Assembly (NCBI GenBank): GCA_963807635.1
Contig: CAWEDJ010000048.1
Span: forward strand, 1 to 23,855
Reading direction: 5' to 3'
DNA: 23,855 nt
From: an uncultured cyanobacterium
Lineage (GTDB): Bacteria > Cyanobacteriota > Cyanobacteriia > Cyanobacteriales > Microcystaceae
Each line of letters begins with the position of its first letter. The stretch's first letter is position 1. The notes under the pieces are model-generated. The model saw only the letters and a list, made by a program, of their open reading frames with translations. It had not been told where the DNA came from and made no database searches. Positions 1 to 10,374 of the stretch are shown here, in pieces. The position numbers and the translations under genes are program-made.

Positions 1-639
1 AATTTCCCGACTGGCGACTTGTTCTATTCGCCTTATACCAACTCAGACCAACCTGGCAAAGTTCTCGACCCAGTGATAGATCAATATCGAACTGGCGTTC
101 TTATCGGTGACTACGACCGCAATGGTAAAACAACTATTGATCCAATTACGGGTAAGCCGACCGAAAATACTATCTTCTACACCACCGCACAGGCATTACA
201 AATTCTGAATGCCTCCGATAAAGACCCAGACTCGCGGTATATCCTCGACCGGCAATTGGTGGCATCCTGGTTGAACTTCCTCGCCGGCAACCCGATTGAC
301 ACGGCTAATCCAAATGATAAGGATGCCCGCTACTACATCAACGAAGGTATTGATTGGATACAAGCCCTAACGCCAGATCAAAACAGCGATCTCAAAGGGG
401 ATGGTTATCTGAAAGGGTTGACAGGTAACGAGACACCATCGACACAAACGCCGGCGATTCCTTCTAGTTCTACCTACTGGAATGTTGGTATTACAAGTAC
501 TATGGGCTTACCCAGTCCCTATAACTTGAATGCTGCCGTTAACTATCCTGTTGATGCTGGCGTAGTCATTAAAGACGCTCTTGCTCTATATAACAGCAGT
601 GGCTTCGGTGCTGATGGGGCATACTACGGTGGCATCTAG
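1..639 (+). CDS. 3' end of an unknown, probably large secreted/surface protein (5'-partial)
   Basis: Frame 1 is open from base 1 (NFPTGDLFYSPY...), so the gene begins before the window. It is G/T/D/N/P-rich, has a DxDxNG-like motif (DYDRNG) and is followed by a terminator. Confidence 0.7.
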   Translation, partial: NFPTGDLFYSPYTNSDQPGKVLDPVIDQYRTGVLIGDYDRNGKTTIDPITGKPTENTIFYTTAQALQILNASDKDPDSRYILDRQLVASWLNFLAGNPIDTANPNDKDARYYINEGIDWIQALTPDQNSDLKGDGYLKGLTGNETPSTQTPAIPSSSTYWNVGITSTMGLPSPYNLNAAVNYPVDAGVVIKDALALYNSSGFGADGAYYGGI

Positions 640-700
640 TTCAATCTTGTTAAACATTTAACATTGGCTGGCAATCTTGCCCGCCCTAATTAGATAGACT

Positions 701-734
701 TCCCCGCTTCAGCTTACCTGGGCGGGGATTTATT
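701..734 (+). terminator. Rho-independent terminator
   Basis: TCCCCGCTTCAG-CTTAC-CTGGGCGGGGA GC-rich hairpin followed by TTTATT, ~60 nt after the stop at 639. Confidence 0.75.
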
Positions 735-975
735 CTTGAAGTATAGAACCAGATGGGAGAGCGATCGCGAATCTTTTTTTATGCCGACAAAAACGCGATC
801 GCAGATCTCCCCCATCAATTCATCCCAATTTCAGCAAAAACCCAAGTAAGCTACAATAAAACAAAGGATTTTGCTCCTCAATCAAACTTGATCATCATCC
901 AAACCCTACTTTCAAACCTTATTCAAATAAGAACTTTTGATCAGGTTAACCCACCCCTTAAAAATCACCCAACCG

Positions 976-1758
976 ATGAACCCACAAGCCCTTCATCAAC
1001 TATTAGAAGCCGTTGCCCAAGGAAACATTAGCCCCGACTCTGCCCTAAACCAACTCAAACATTTTAGCTTTGAATCCCTAGACTCCTTTGCCAAAATTGA
1101 CCACCATCGCCACCTCAGAACAGGCTTTCCTGAAGTCATTTGGGGGCCAGGCAAAACCCCAGAACAAATTGCCCAAATCATGATCGTAATGGCTCAAAAA
1201 AATGCTGTCGTCATGGCAACTCGCATAGAACCAGAAGTCGCCGAACAACTAGCCCTAGCCATTCCCTACCTAACCTATTATCCCGTCGCCCGTATCTGTG
1301 CCTTAATTACCAGCGAACTAACCGTCAAATTTAGCGGAACCATCAGCATCTTGACCGCAGGAACCGCCGATCTACCTGTCGCCGAAGAAGCCGCCATTAC
1401 CGCCACCCTCTCTGGTTTTGCCGTCAAACGATTATGGGATGTAGGAGTCGCAGGCATTCATCGTTTATTGAGTAATCGAGACATCATCACCGAAGCCGAT
1501 GTTCTAATCGTCGTCGCAGGCATGGAAGGAGCCTTACCCAGTGTGGTCGCAGGTTTAGCCGATTGCCCCGTCATTGGCGTTCCGACCAGTGTGGGCTATG
1601 GTGCAAGCTTTGGAGGCGTGGCTCCTTTGTTGACCATGTTAAATTCCTGCGCCGTTGGGGTAGGAGTAGTCAATATTGACAATGGTTTTGGCGCGGCGAT
1701 GTTGGCGGGACAAATTTTACGAACGGCTCAGAGATTAAAAAAATCCTCAGATGAGTGA
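976..1758 (+). CDS. larB: Nickel pincer cofactor biosynthesis protein LarB / circadian phase modifier CpmA (PurE-like)
   Basis: Motifs FAKIDHHRHLRTGFPEVIWGPGKT, AGTADLPVAEEA, DVGVAGIHRLL, VAGMEGALPSVVAGL, VPTSVGYGASFGG, VVNIDNGFGAA. ATG at 976 gives 260 aa. Confidence 0.92.
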   Translation: MNPQALHQLLEAVAQGNISPDSALNQLKHFSFESLDSFAKIDHHRHLRTGFPEVIWGPGKTPEQIAQIMIVMAQKNAVVMATRIEPEVAEQLALAIPYLTYYPVARICALITSELTVKFSGTISILTAGTADLPVAEEAAITATLSGFAVKRLWDVGVAGIHRLLSNRDIITEADVLIVVAGMEGALPSVVAGLADCPVIGVPTSVGYGASFGGVAPLLTMLNSCAVGVGVVNIDNGFGAAMLAGQILRTAQRLKKSSDE

Positions 1759-1818
1759 GTTTAACTTGAAAAAATTTATTTTTTATCCCTTAGATTATTC
1801 GCCTAAATTTCTTGAATC

Positions 1819-3285
1819 ATGTCTCGCATTCTTATTTGGTACCGTAATGATCTTCGTCTCCATGACCATGAACCCCTACACCAAGCCCTAGCCCAACAAG
1901 CCCAAATTATTCCTGTTTACTGCTGGGATTCCCGATTAGAAGGCACAACTTCCTACGGATTCCCTAAAACGGGCAGATTTCGTGCAAAATTTTTAGCCGA
2001 AAGTTTACTCGATTTACGCACCAATTTGCAAAATATCGGTAGTGATTTGATTTTACGCCCAGGGCAAGACAGAAGACGTTTTACTGCAACTGGCCCAGGA
2101 ATTGAAGATTGATCGCATTTATTACCACGCAGAAGTCACCTCAGAAGAATTAGCTGTTGAAAAATCCCTAAAAAATGCCCTCATTCCGCTAAATATTTCC
2201 TTAACGTCCTTCTGGGGTCATCCCCTCTTTCACCCCGATGATTTACCGTTTACTATTCATCAAATTCCCGAACTATTTACCCAGTTTCGTAAAATCATTG
2301 AAAAACAAATCCTTCCTCGGCAACTTTTCCAACCCCGATCCAACTGCCTGCCCTTCCCCCCATTCTGATGGGAGACTTACCGATTTTTTTAAGCCAGGCT
2401 CTCTATACCGAGAGTAGCGATCGCGGAGGAGGATTAACGTTTATCGGAGGAGAAAATCAGGCAATAGAGCGTTTAACGGATTATTTTTGGCGAAAAGATT
2501 GCCTAAAAACCTATAAAGAAACCCGCAATGGGATGCTGGGAGCGGATTATTCCTCTAAGTTTTCGTCTTGGTTAGCCCTGGGGTGTTTATCGGCTCGTTA
2601 TATTTACAACCAAGTTAAAACCTACGAACAGGAAAAAATCGCTAATGATTCGACCTATTGGTTAATTTTTGAACTACTTTGGCGGGATTATTTTCGATTT
2701 ATTGCCGCAAAACACGGTGATCGCCTTTTTCGTCCATCAGGGCTACGGGGAATTAGGATTCCTTGGCAAGAAAATCGGGACTATTTTCAACGATGGCAGA
2801 AAGGGTTAACGGGCTATCCCTTGGTGGATGCCAATATGCGAGAATTAGCGGCTACGGGGTTCATGTCCAATCGCGGTCGGCAAAATGTGGCCAGCTTTTT
2901 AACGAAAAATTTGGGACTCTCTTGGCAGATGGGGGCTGAGTGGTTTGAATCTTGCTTGCTCGATTATGATGTCTGTAGCAATTGGGGAAATTGGAACTAT
3001 ACCGCAGGAATTGGCAATGATGCGCGGGAATTTCGTTATTTTAATATCACCAAACAGTCGCGGGACTATGATCCCCAGGGAGAGTATCTACGATATTGGT
3101 TGCCTGAATTAGCCCGATTACCAGGGGATAAAATCCATCAACCTAGTGCATTATCCCGACAGGAACAAAAAGAATTTTGTTTCAAAATAGGAGAAGATTA
3201 TCCCCGACCTATTGTTGATTTTTTTGAATCGGTTAATAGTAATAAAAGTATCTATCAAACCGCCCTTAATTTCGTTTCTCGTTAA
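1819..3285 (+). CDS. DASH-family cryptochrome (two compensating frameshifts, probably sequencing errors)
   Basis: [69 protein letters not shown]. An extra C at 2058-2060 and a missing G near 2319-2320 restore one 488-aa ORF. Confidence 0.9.
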
Positions 3286-3418
3286 TATTTTTGGGCAAAA
3301 ATAATTGATTTAAATTTTAAATACTTGCTCAAGGTAAAATCCAAATATTGAGAATCTTAATTCTAGGCGATCGCGTTCAATCTCGATTAAACTATTTTTC
3401 ATACACAAACAGGAAAAA

Positions 3419-5357
3419 ATGATCATGGCTTCCCCTCAGATTGCTCCCTTTGGTTCTTGGAAATCTCCTATTACTGCTGATGCTATTCTGGCAGGGAGTA
3501 TTGGCTTAGGGGCCGTTACTATCGATGGCGATGATCTCTATTGGTCGGAATCCAGACCCACCGAAAAAGGCCGAAATGTTTTAGTTAAACGCGATCGCAA
3601 TGGCACAAACGGTCGATCTCACCCCTGCGACCTTTAATGTGCGGACTCGTGTTCATGAATATGGCGGAGGATCTTTTTTAAGAGAGAAAGGAACGACCTA
3701 TTTTGTCAATTTTAGAGACCAACGAATTTATACTCAATCTTTAAATACAGAACCGAAAGCCTTAACCCCAGAAAGCCAAAAACGATACGCAGATTTTATT
3801 TTAGATTCCGCTAGAAATCGCTTAATTACGGTGTGCGAAGATCATGGTACTAATTCCCCAGAACCTGATAATTTTTTAGCTAGTATTAACTTAGAAACAG
3901 GAGAAATTAAAACCTTAGTTTCAGGGAATGATTTTTATTCTTCTCCTCGTCTCAGTCCAAATCGATCCCAACTGAGTTGGATTACCTGGGAGCATCCCAA
4001 TCTACCCTGGGATAGTACCCAATTATGGTTAGCCGATATTAATTCAACGGGAGAGTTAGAAAATATTCGTTGTATCGCAGGTCAATCTCAAATTGAGTCA
4101 ATTTCTGAACCGAAATGGTCGCCCGATGGGATACTTTATTTTTCTAGCGATCGCAATAACTGGTGGAATTTATATCGTTATCATGAGGGAAACATTGAAT
4201 CAATTTATCCAATGGACGCTGAATTTGCCTATCCCCATTGGGTCTTTGGATTATCGACCTATACCTTTGTGAATGCTGAAAAAATCATTTGTACCTATAC
4301 CCAGAATGGTCGTTGGTATCTGGCTGAAATTGATTTAAAAACCCAAAAATTAATTCCCATTGAAACCCCTTTTAGCAATATCACCTCTTTGATCAGTAAT
4401 GGTAACATTGCCCTCTTTATTGGCAGTTCTCCCACCGCATCTTCTGCCGTTATTTCCCTAGATTTACAAACCAAAGATTGGACAATTCTGAAACAATCGA
4501 GTGAATTAATCCTGGATGCTCGTTATCTTTCCGTCCCAGAAGCCATTGAGTTTCCTACCGAAAACGGTTTAACTGCCCATGCCTGGTATTACCCACCTAA
4601 AAATCCCGATTATCAAGCCCCTGAAACCGATTTACCCCCGTTATTAGTAAAAAGTCATGGCGGGCCAACGGCGGCGGCGGGCAATTCCCTCAGTTTAAAA
4701 ATTCAGTATTGGACAAGTCGCGGTTTTGCCTATCTGGATGTCAATTACGGCGGCAGTACGGGCTATGGTCGGGCCTATCGTCAACGATTGGATCATCAAT
4801 GGGGCATTGTGGATGTGGATGATTGCGTCAATGGAGCGAAATTTTTAGTCCAAGAAGGTAAGGCTGACCCGAATAAATTGGCAATTTCAGGTGGAAGTGC
4901 GGGCGGTTATACCACGTTAGCGGCGTTAACCTTTCGTCAAACCTTCAAAGCAGGAGCCAGTCACTATGGCGTGAGTGATTTAGAAGCCTTAGCGACGGAT
5001 ACCCACAAATTTGAAGCCCGTTACCTCGATCACCTGATTGGCCCCTATCCCGAAGAACAGGAGCTTTATAAAACGCGATCGCCGATTAATTTTACTAATC
5101 AACTAGCTTGTCCCGTTGTCTTTTTTCAAGGTTTAGAAGATAAGGTTGTTCCCCCCAATCAAGCGGAAATGATGGTAGAAGCTCTAAAACAAAAGGGTTT
5201 ACCCGTTGCCTACGTGTCTTTTCCCGAAGAACAACACGGATTTCGCATTGCGGCCAATATCAAACGGGCGTTAGAAGGAGAATTGTATTTCTATTCTCGA
5301 ATTTTTGGATTTTCCCTAGCCGATGAAGTTGAACCGTTAGAAATTATGAATTTATGA
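3419..5357 (+). CDS. S9 family peptidase (prolyl oligopeptidase/acylaminoacyl peptidase); one +1 frameshift near 3605
   Basis: N-terminal APFGSWKSPIT, HGGPT, nucleophile motif GGSAGG, EDKVVPP and EQHGF. Joining ORFs 3419..3637 and 3600..5357 gives ~645 aa. Confidence 0.9.
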
Positions 5358-5364
5358 TCCCAAC

Positions 5365-6257
5365 CTAATCCAGAAAGCTAGAACCCACAATCATAGAACC
5401 GATTCCCATATCACTAAAAACCTCTAACAACAGGGCATGGGGTAAACGACCATCAATAATATGGGCCGCTCTGACTCCCTGGGCCAGCGATCGCACACAG
5501 CAAGTCACCTTGGGAATCATTCCCCCTGCCACAACGCCTTCTTTGATCAGTTCCCGTGCCTGTTGAATATCCAATTTAGTAATCAAGGTTGAGGGATCTT
5601 TATAATCTCGGAGAATTCCGCGCGTATCCGTCAAAAGAATCAATTTTTCTGCCCCTAAGGCCGCCGCAACTTCTCCAGCAAAGGTATCCGCGTTAATATT
5701 GTAAGCTTGTCCCGACTCGTCCGCCGCCACACTAGAAATCACGGGAATATAACCACTCTTAGCCAAGGAATCTATTAATCGGGGATTAACGCTGTTGACC
5801 TCCCCTACAAAACCAATATCTTTATTGGGAATGGGACGAGCTTTCACTAAATTACCATCCTTGCCACAGAGTCCAACGGCCATCCCCCCTGCTTGGTTAA
5901 TCAAAGAAACCAATTCCTTATTGACGCGACCCACTAAAACCATCTCAACCACGTCCATTGTGGGGCATCCGTTACTCGCAACCCATCTTGAAACTTCGGC
6001 TCGATGCCTAATTTATCCAACCAGCTATTAATTTCTGGCCCGCCCCCATGAATGACCACAGGGCGAACGCCGACGGAAGCCATAAAAACAATATCTCGAA
6101 TCACCTTATCCTTGAGGGAACTATCTTTCATCGCCGCACCACCGTATTTGACGACAACGGTACGCCCCGCAAAGTGTTGGATGTAGGGAAGGGCTTCACT
6201 GAGGATGCGGACTCTCGTTGCGGCTTCTTCGTTGATGAAATCAGTGGTTTTGTTCAT
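5365..6257 (-). CDS. argB: Acetylglutamate kinase; one missing base at 5962-5965
   Basis: [53 protein letters not shown]. Adding one C (GCC CCC ACA ATG) gives 297 aa. Confidence 0.95.
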
Positions 6258-6374
6258 AAATTTATGAATGGAATTAGGATGATTAAACAGCTAAATTTTA
6301 GTGTAAGGGCGGAGTGACTCTAGAATTCTGTTCAGGATTAACAGTTCAAGCTTGAAATTTTGATATTTATCCAA

Positions 6375-6410
6375 AATGAAAAATCCCTACTTTAAAATTA
6401 AGGCAGGGAT
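6375..6410 (-). terminator. Probable Rho-independent terminator on the minus strand
   Basis: Minus strand ATCCCTGCCTTA-ATTT-TAAAGTAGGGAT followed by TTTTCATTTT, lying between csp and the argB promoter region. Confidence 0.45.
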
Positions 6411-6752
6411 GGGGCAAACTTTTGATATTAAGGAATTTAAAAATCAAAGATTTAGGTGATTCGTCCTAGATTATTCGAGTATTTTCTTTTCGGATAACTG
6501 GGATTGGCTACAAAAATAAGGCTTCAATCGCGGTCGCTATTTTGAAGAATTTACCCAGTTTTTCGATTTCCAACCAAAAAGTGTCGGATTAGACTGGAAA
6601 ACTTTCAAAATTAGGAAGATCTTAAAACCTTTGTTGTGTCTATATTCAAAGAATTTTTAAATAAAATACCTTGGGTTTATTGCAGGACAATAAAGACTTT
6701 TGACTGACTTTAACCGATGCGAAGAACAAGGGAAGTCGTCAGAAAATATTAC

Positions 6753-6964
6753 CTAGATACGAAGTAACCTGTGAAGCCGCAGGTCCTTTTGACCTTGTTC
6801 AATAGTATATTCTACGCGCTGTCCTTCAGCCAAGGTCTTGAAACCATTGTCGGCGATCGCTGAAAATGGACAAAGATATCTTTTGAGCCGTCCTCTGGTG
6901 TAATAAAGCCGAATCCTTTCGTCTCATTAAACCATTTAACTGTGCCTTTGAATTTGTTGGACAT
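6753..6964 (-). CDS. CspA-family cold-shock protein (frameshifted in this read; absent from the ORF track)
   Basis: Manual translation [68 protein letters not shown], with RNP1 (KGFGFI) and RNP2 (IFVHF). Single bases are missing in homopolymers at ~6863-6866 and ~6787-6790. The stop is at 6753 (70 aa, needs one more indel) or 6739 (75 aa). Confidence 0.88.
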
Positions 6965-7028
6965 GTTCTTGAATTCTAACTGGAGATTGGTGATGTAAAC
7001 GCACGAGAGTCATAAAGACCCTAATATA

Positions 7029-7060
7029 ATTATGGAACTACACATTCTTAGTGGTGTCAA
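7029..7060 (-). promoter_or_regulatory. Possible csp promoter
   Basis: Minus strand has a perfect TTGACA (7060-7055) and CATAAT (7034-7029), but the spacer is a non-canonical 20 nt. Confidence 0.25.
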
Positions 7061-7321
7061 GTAATTGGGTAAAAGTTCTATCAATTTCTATAGGAGAAAA
7101 TGCTGACTAAAAACCAAAATTACTTGGATATATTGCCCGATGGGGTCGTATAAATCCACTGAGGTAGTTGGGTTGTGAGGCCCGAAATAATTATAAGTCT
7201 ATTTTATCCGAATTTAAGTTGATGTATCGGATATATCTAAATGGTTAACAATCGGGAAGTAGAAAATTTTGCTCCATTTTTGAGCTAGAATCTTTTAGTC
7301 CTTTCGGATACATCATAAATA

Positions 7322-8275
7322 ATGCTTTTTCGTAAACTTGGATTTTTTGGTGTCTGTGCCTTAATGGGGGTGACAATCTTTTCTTTGAATAATGCCCTGG
7401 TAAATGCCCAATCGGTGACAGAAGCGGCTACAGGAAGTTATGCCCAAATTAATTGGTTCGAGGCGTTATTTTTAGGACTTATCCAAGGCTTAACAGAATT
7501 TTTGCCGATTAGTAGTACTGCTCACTTGACCGTTATCCCTCAAGTATTCGGTTGGACGAAGCCAGGGGTTGCCTACATAGCAGTCATTCAATTAGGCAGT
7601 ATTGCCGCGATTATTTGGTATTTTTGGAACGATTTATCCCAAATTACGATGGGAATGCTAAAAGCCATTAAGACTAAAGATTATAGTTCTTTGGAATTTA
7701 AGTTGGCGTTGGGGATTGGGCTGGGAACGTTACCGATTGTTTTTTTTGGCTTGTTAGTCAAAATTTTCGTTCCCGATTTGGACAATTCCCCTCTGCATAG
7801 CTTAACAACGATCGCGATTGCCTCTATTGTAATGTCGTTGTTGTTGGCGTTGGCTGAAAAAGTGGGAACCCATCGTCGCCCCTTTGAAAAGTTACGGTGG
7901 CAGGACGGGGTTGTAATGGGATTTGCCGAGGCAATGGCTATTATTCCAGGGGTGTCGCGATCGGGTTCAACGCTGACGGCGGCGCTATTCATCAATTTAG
8001 AACGCGCTACTGCCGCACGCTTTTCTTTTCTGTTGGGGATTCCAGCCATTACCCTAGCGGGGTTGGTGCAATTAAAAGATGCGTTTAAATCAGGATTTTC
8101 GGGAGAAACGGCATTTCCGTTGATCATTGGCGTTATTTCAGCCGCTTTTTTCTCTTATTTAGCGATCGCCTGGTTATTAAAGTATTTACAAAAAAATAAT
8201 ACCTGGGTTTTCATTTGGTATCGTTTGGCGTTTGGTATTTTAATCTTGTTATCTAGTTTTGTGAAAATTCCTTAG
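7322..8275 (+). CDS. uppP: Undecaprenyl-diphosphate phosphatase (BacA family) with ~40-aa N-terminal extension
   Basis: LGLIQGLTEFLPISSTAHL, IQLGSIAA, PGVSRSGST, ARFSFLLGIPA, FIWYR. Confidence 0.95.
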   Translation: MLFRKLGFFGVCALMGVTIFSLNNALVNAQSVTEAATGSYAQINWFEALFLGLIQGLTEFLPISSTAHLTVIPQVFGWTKPGVAYIAVIQLGSIAAIIWYFWNDLSQITMGMLKAIKTKDYSSLEFKLALGIGLGTLPIVFFGLLVKIFVPDLDNSPLHSLTTIAIASIVMSLLLALAEKVGTHRRPFEKLRWQDGVVMGFAEAMAIIPGVSRSGSTLTAALFINLERATAARFSFLLGIPAITLAGLVQLKDAFKSGFSGETAFPLIIGVISAAFFSYLAIAWLLKYLQKNNTWVFIWYRLAFGILILLSSFVKIP

Positions 8276-8331
8276 AACAGGATTCAACTAAAATAAAAGT
8301 GACTCGTCCGTAAATTTTTCTAATTTTAAAA

Positions 8332-8964
8332 ATGGGATTTATTGCAGTTATTGACTACGACATGGGCAATCTCCACTCGGCCTGTAAGGGACTAGAAAGG
8401 GTGGGAGCCAATCCCAGGGTGACCCATTCCCCCGATGATTTGTCCGCCGCCGATGGAGTGGTTTTACCTGGAGTCGGGTCTTTTGATCCCGCCGTCAGGC
8501 AATTACGCGATCGCCAGTTAGTTGAACCCATTAAAGCCGCGATCGCATCAGGGAAACCTTTTTTAGGAATTTGCTTAGGCTTACAGATTTTATTTGATGA
8601 ATCCGAGGAAGGAACCGAGCCAGGTTTAGGCATTATTCCAGGCAAAGTACGGCGTTTTCAATCAGAACCTGGCCTGACGATTCCCCACATGGGCTGGAAT
8701 GGTCTAGATTTTACCCAAGCAGATAATTTCCTGTGGCACGATTTACCTGAAACTCCCTACGTTTATTTTGTTCATTCTTATTACGTTGATCCAAGCGATC
8801 CCCAGGTCAGAGCCGCCACTGTTACGCATGGCCAACAAACCGTCACCGCCGCGATCGCCAAAGATAATTTGATGGCTGTCCAATTTCACCCTGAAAAATC
8901 CGCCGATTTAGGACTGAAAATTTTGTCTAATTTTGTCCAACTGGTTAAGGGTTCTCAGGTTTAA
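8332..8964 (+). CDS. hisH: Imidazole glycerol phosphate synthase glutaminase subunit
   Basis: IDYDMGNLHS, LPGVGSF, LGICLGLQ, PHMGWN, YFVHSY, QFHPEKS. Confidence 0.96.
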   Translation: MGFIAVIDYDMGNLHSACKGLERVGANPRVTHSPDDLSAADGVVLPGVGSFDPAVRQLRDRQLVEPIKAAIASGKPFLGICLGLQILFDESEEGTEPGLGIIPGKVRRFQSEPGLTIPHMGWNGLDFTQADNFLWHDLPETPYVYFVHSYYVDPSDPQVRAATVTHGQQTVTAAIAKDNLMAVQFHPEKSADLGLKILSNFVQLVKGSQV

Positions 8965-9077
8965 GCCCTTGGAGCCGTTGGGAATCAAAATCCAACCTTG
9001 TTTATCCCAAAAAATTAAGTAACAATATATTAAGGAGTCCCTCAGATATTGTTTAACTAACCCAACGTATCGCTAAA

Positions 9078-10315
9078 ATGTCCCAATTATCAGCCCCGAT
9101 GATAGATTCAGCCCTGCCCTACGATCTCACCATAGTAGGAGGCGGCATTGTTGGTACAACTCTGGCCGTCCCGCCCTCAAAACATCAGGTTTAAGGATTG
9201 CCATCATCGAAGCCCAATCTCCTGAAAAATCTCTTATTAAACCCCAAGCCTACGCCCTATCTCTACTTTCCAGCCGTATTTTGCGGGGCATCGGTGTTTG
9301 GAAAGAAATTCTGCCCGATATTGGTAAATTTCAACACATTAATCTTTCGGATCGAGAGTATCCCAACCCTGTCCCCTTTGAAACCCAGGATCTCGGAACA
9401 GAGGATCTTGGTTATGTCGGCGAACATCCTGTTATTTTATCGGCTCTTCAGGAATTTTTAGCGGATTGTCCCCAGGTTGAATGGATTCGTCCTGCGGTTG
9501 TGGTTTCGGTTAGTTATTTAGAAAATCAAGCAGAAATACGGATTAAAAAGGCAGAAGGCGAAATTTTAATTACTTCCAAACTGGTCATCGGAGCCGATGG
9601 AGCTAAATCCCAAATTCGTGACCTAGCAGGTATTAAAACTCGCGGTTGGAAATATTGGCAATCCTGTGTAGCTTTTACCATCAAACATGAAATCCCGAAT
9701 AACAATATTGCCTTTGAACGGTTTTGTGAAACGGGGCCGATGGGCATTTTACCGTTACCTGGAAATCGTTGTCAGATTGTCTGGACGGCTCCCCACGCCC
9801 AGGCGAAGACTTTGGCGGAATTGGATGAAAAATCCTTTATTGCCCAACTAGAAAAACGTCTTAATGGTGTTCTCGGTTCGGTGCAATTAGTGCGATCGCC
9901 GATTTTGTTTCCCGTTCAACTGATGCAGAGCGATCGCTATGTGCAATCTCGATTAGCTTTAGTGGGAGACGCGGCCCATTGTTGCCATCCCGTCGGGGGT
10001 CAGGGCTTAAATTTAGGCATTAGGGATGCGGCGGCCCTAGCCCAGATTTTGCAAGAAGCCGCCCAACGAGGAGAAGATATTGGCACGCTAAAGGTGTTAA
10101 AGCGTTATGAGAACTGGCGAAAGCCCGAAAACCTAATTATTTTAGGCTTTACAGATTTGTTAGACCGACTTTTTTCTAATAATTGGTTGCCCTTGGTTTT
10201 CTCTCGTCGAGTGGGTTTGGAGATGATGCGCCATATTCACCCCTTAAAAGTCTTTTCTCTACGACTAATGACGGGGTTACTCGGTCGCCATCCCCAGATT
10301 GCCCATGGTGGCTAA
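9078..10315 (+). CDS. FAD-dependent hydroxylase, UbiH/COQ6 family; frameshift near 9170-9172
   Basis: ATG 9078 gives YDLTIVGGGIVG (FAD-binding GxGxxG), followed after the shift by ALKTSGLRIAIIEA, VIGADGAKS and LVGDAAHCCHPVGGQGLNLGIRD. Reconstructed length ~411 aa. Confidence 0.88.
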
Positions 10316-10342
10316 GCATAAGGGCGATCATCAATAAGAATA

Positions 10343-10366
10343 AGGGCGAACGCCATTCGCCCCTAC
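10343..10366. repeat. REP-like palindrome between convergent genes (possible bidirectional terminator)
   Basis: AGGGCGAA-CGCCA-TTCGCCCCTAC stem-loop ending in CCCTAC (GTAGGG on the minus strand), followed by TTTT. Confidence 0.6.
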
Positions 10367-10374
10367 TTTTCAAA

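Noticed and set aside
753..1031. 92-aa ORF upstream of and overlapping larB
   Set aside because: No recognisable motif; spans the larB promoter region and overlaps larB out of frame.
1819..6257. Programmed frameshifting or phase variation in cryDASH, S9 peptidase and argB
   Set aside because: No slippery heptamers or long tracts; scattered single indels across unrelated genes fit sequencing error better.
5795..6317. Plus-strand ORFs 5795..6031 and 6048..6317
   Set aside because: Antisense shadows of argB.
7681..8645. ORFs 7681..8127, 7897..8088 and 8355..8645
   Set aside because: Antisense or alternate-frame shadows of uppP and hisH.
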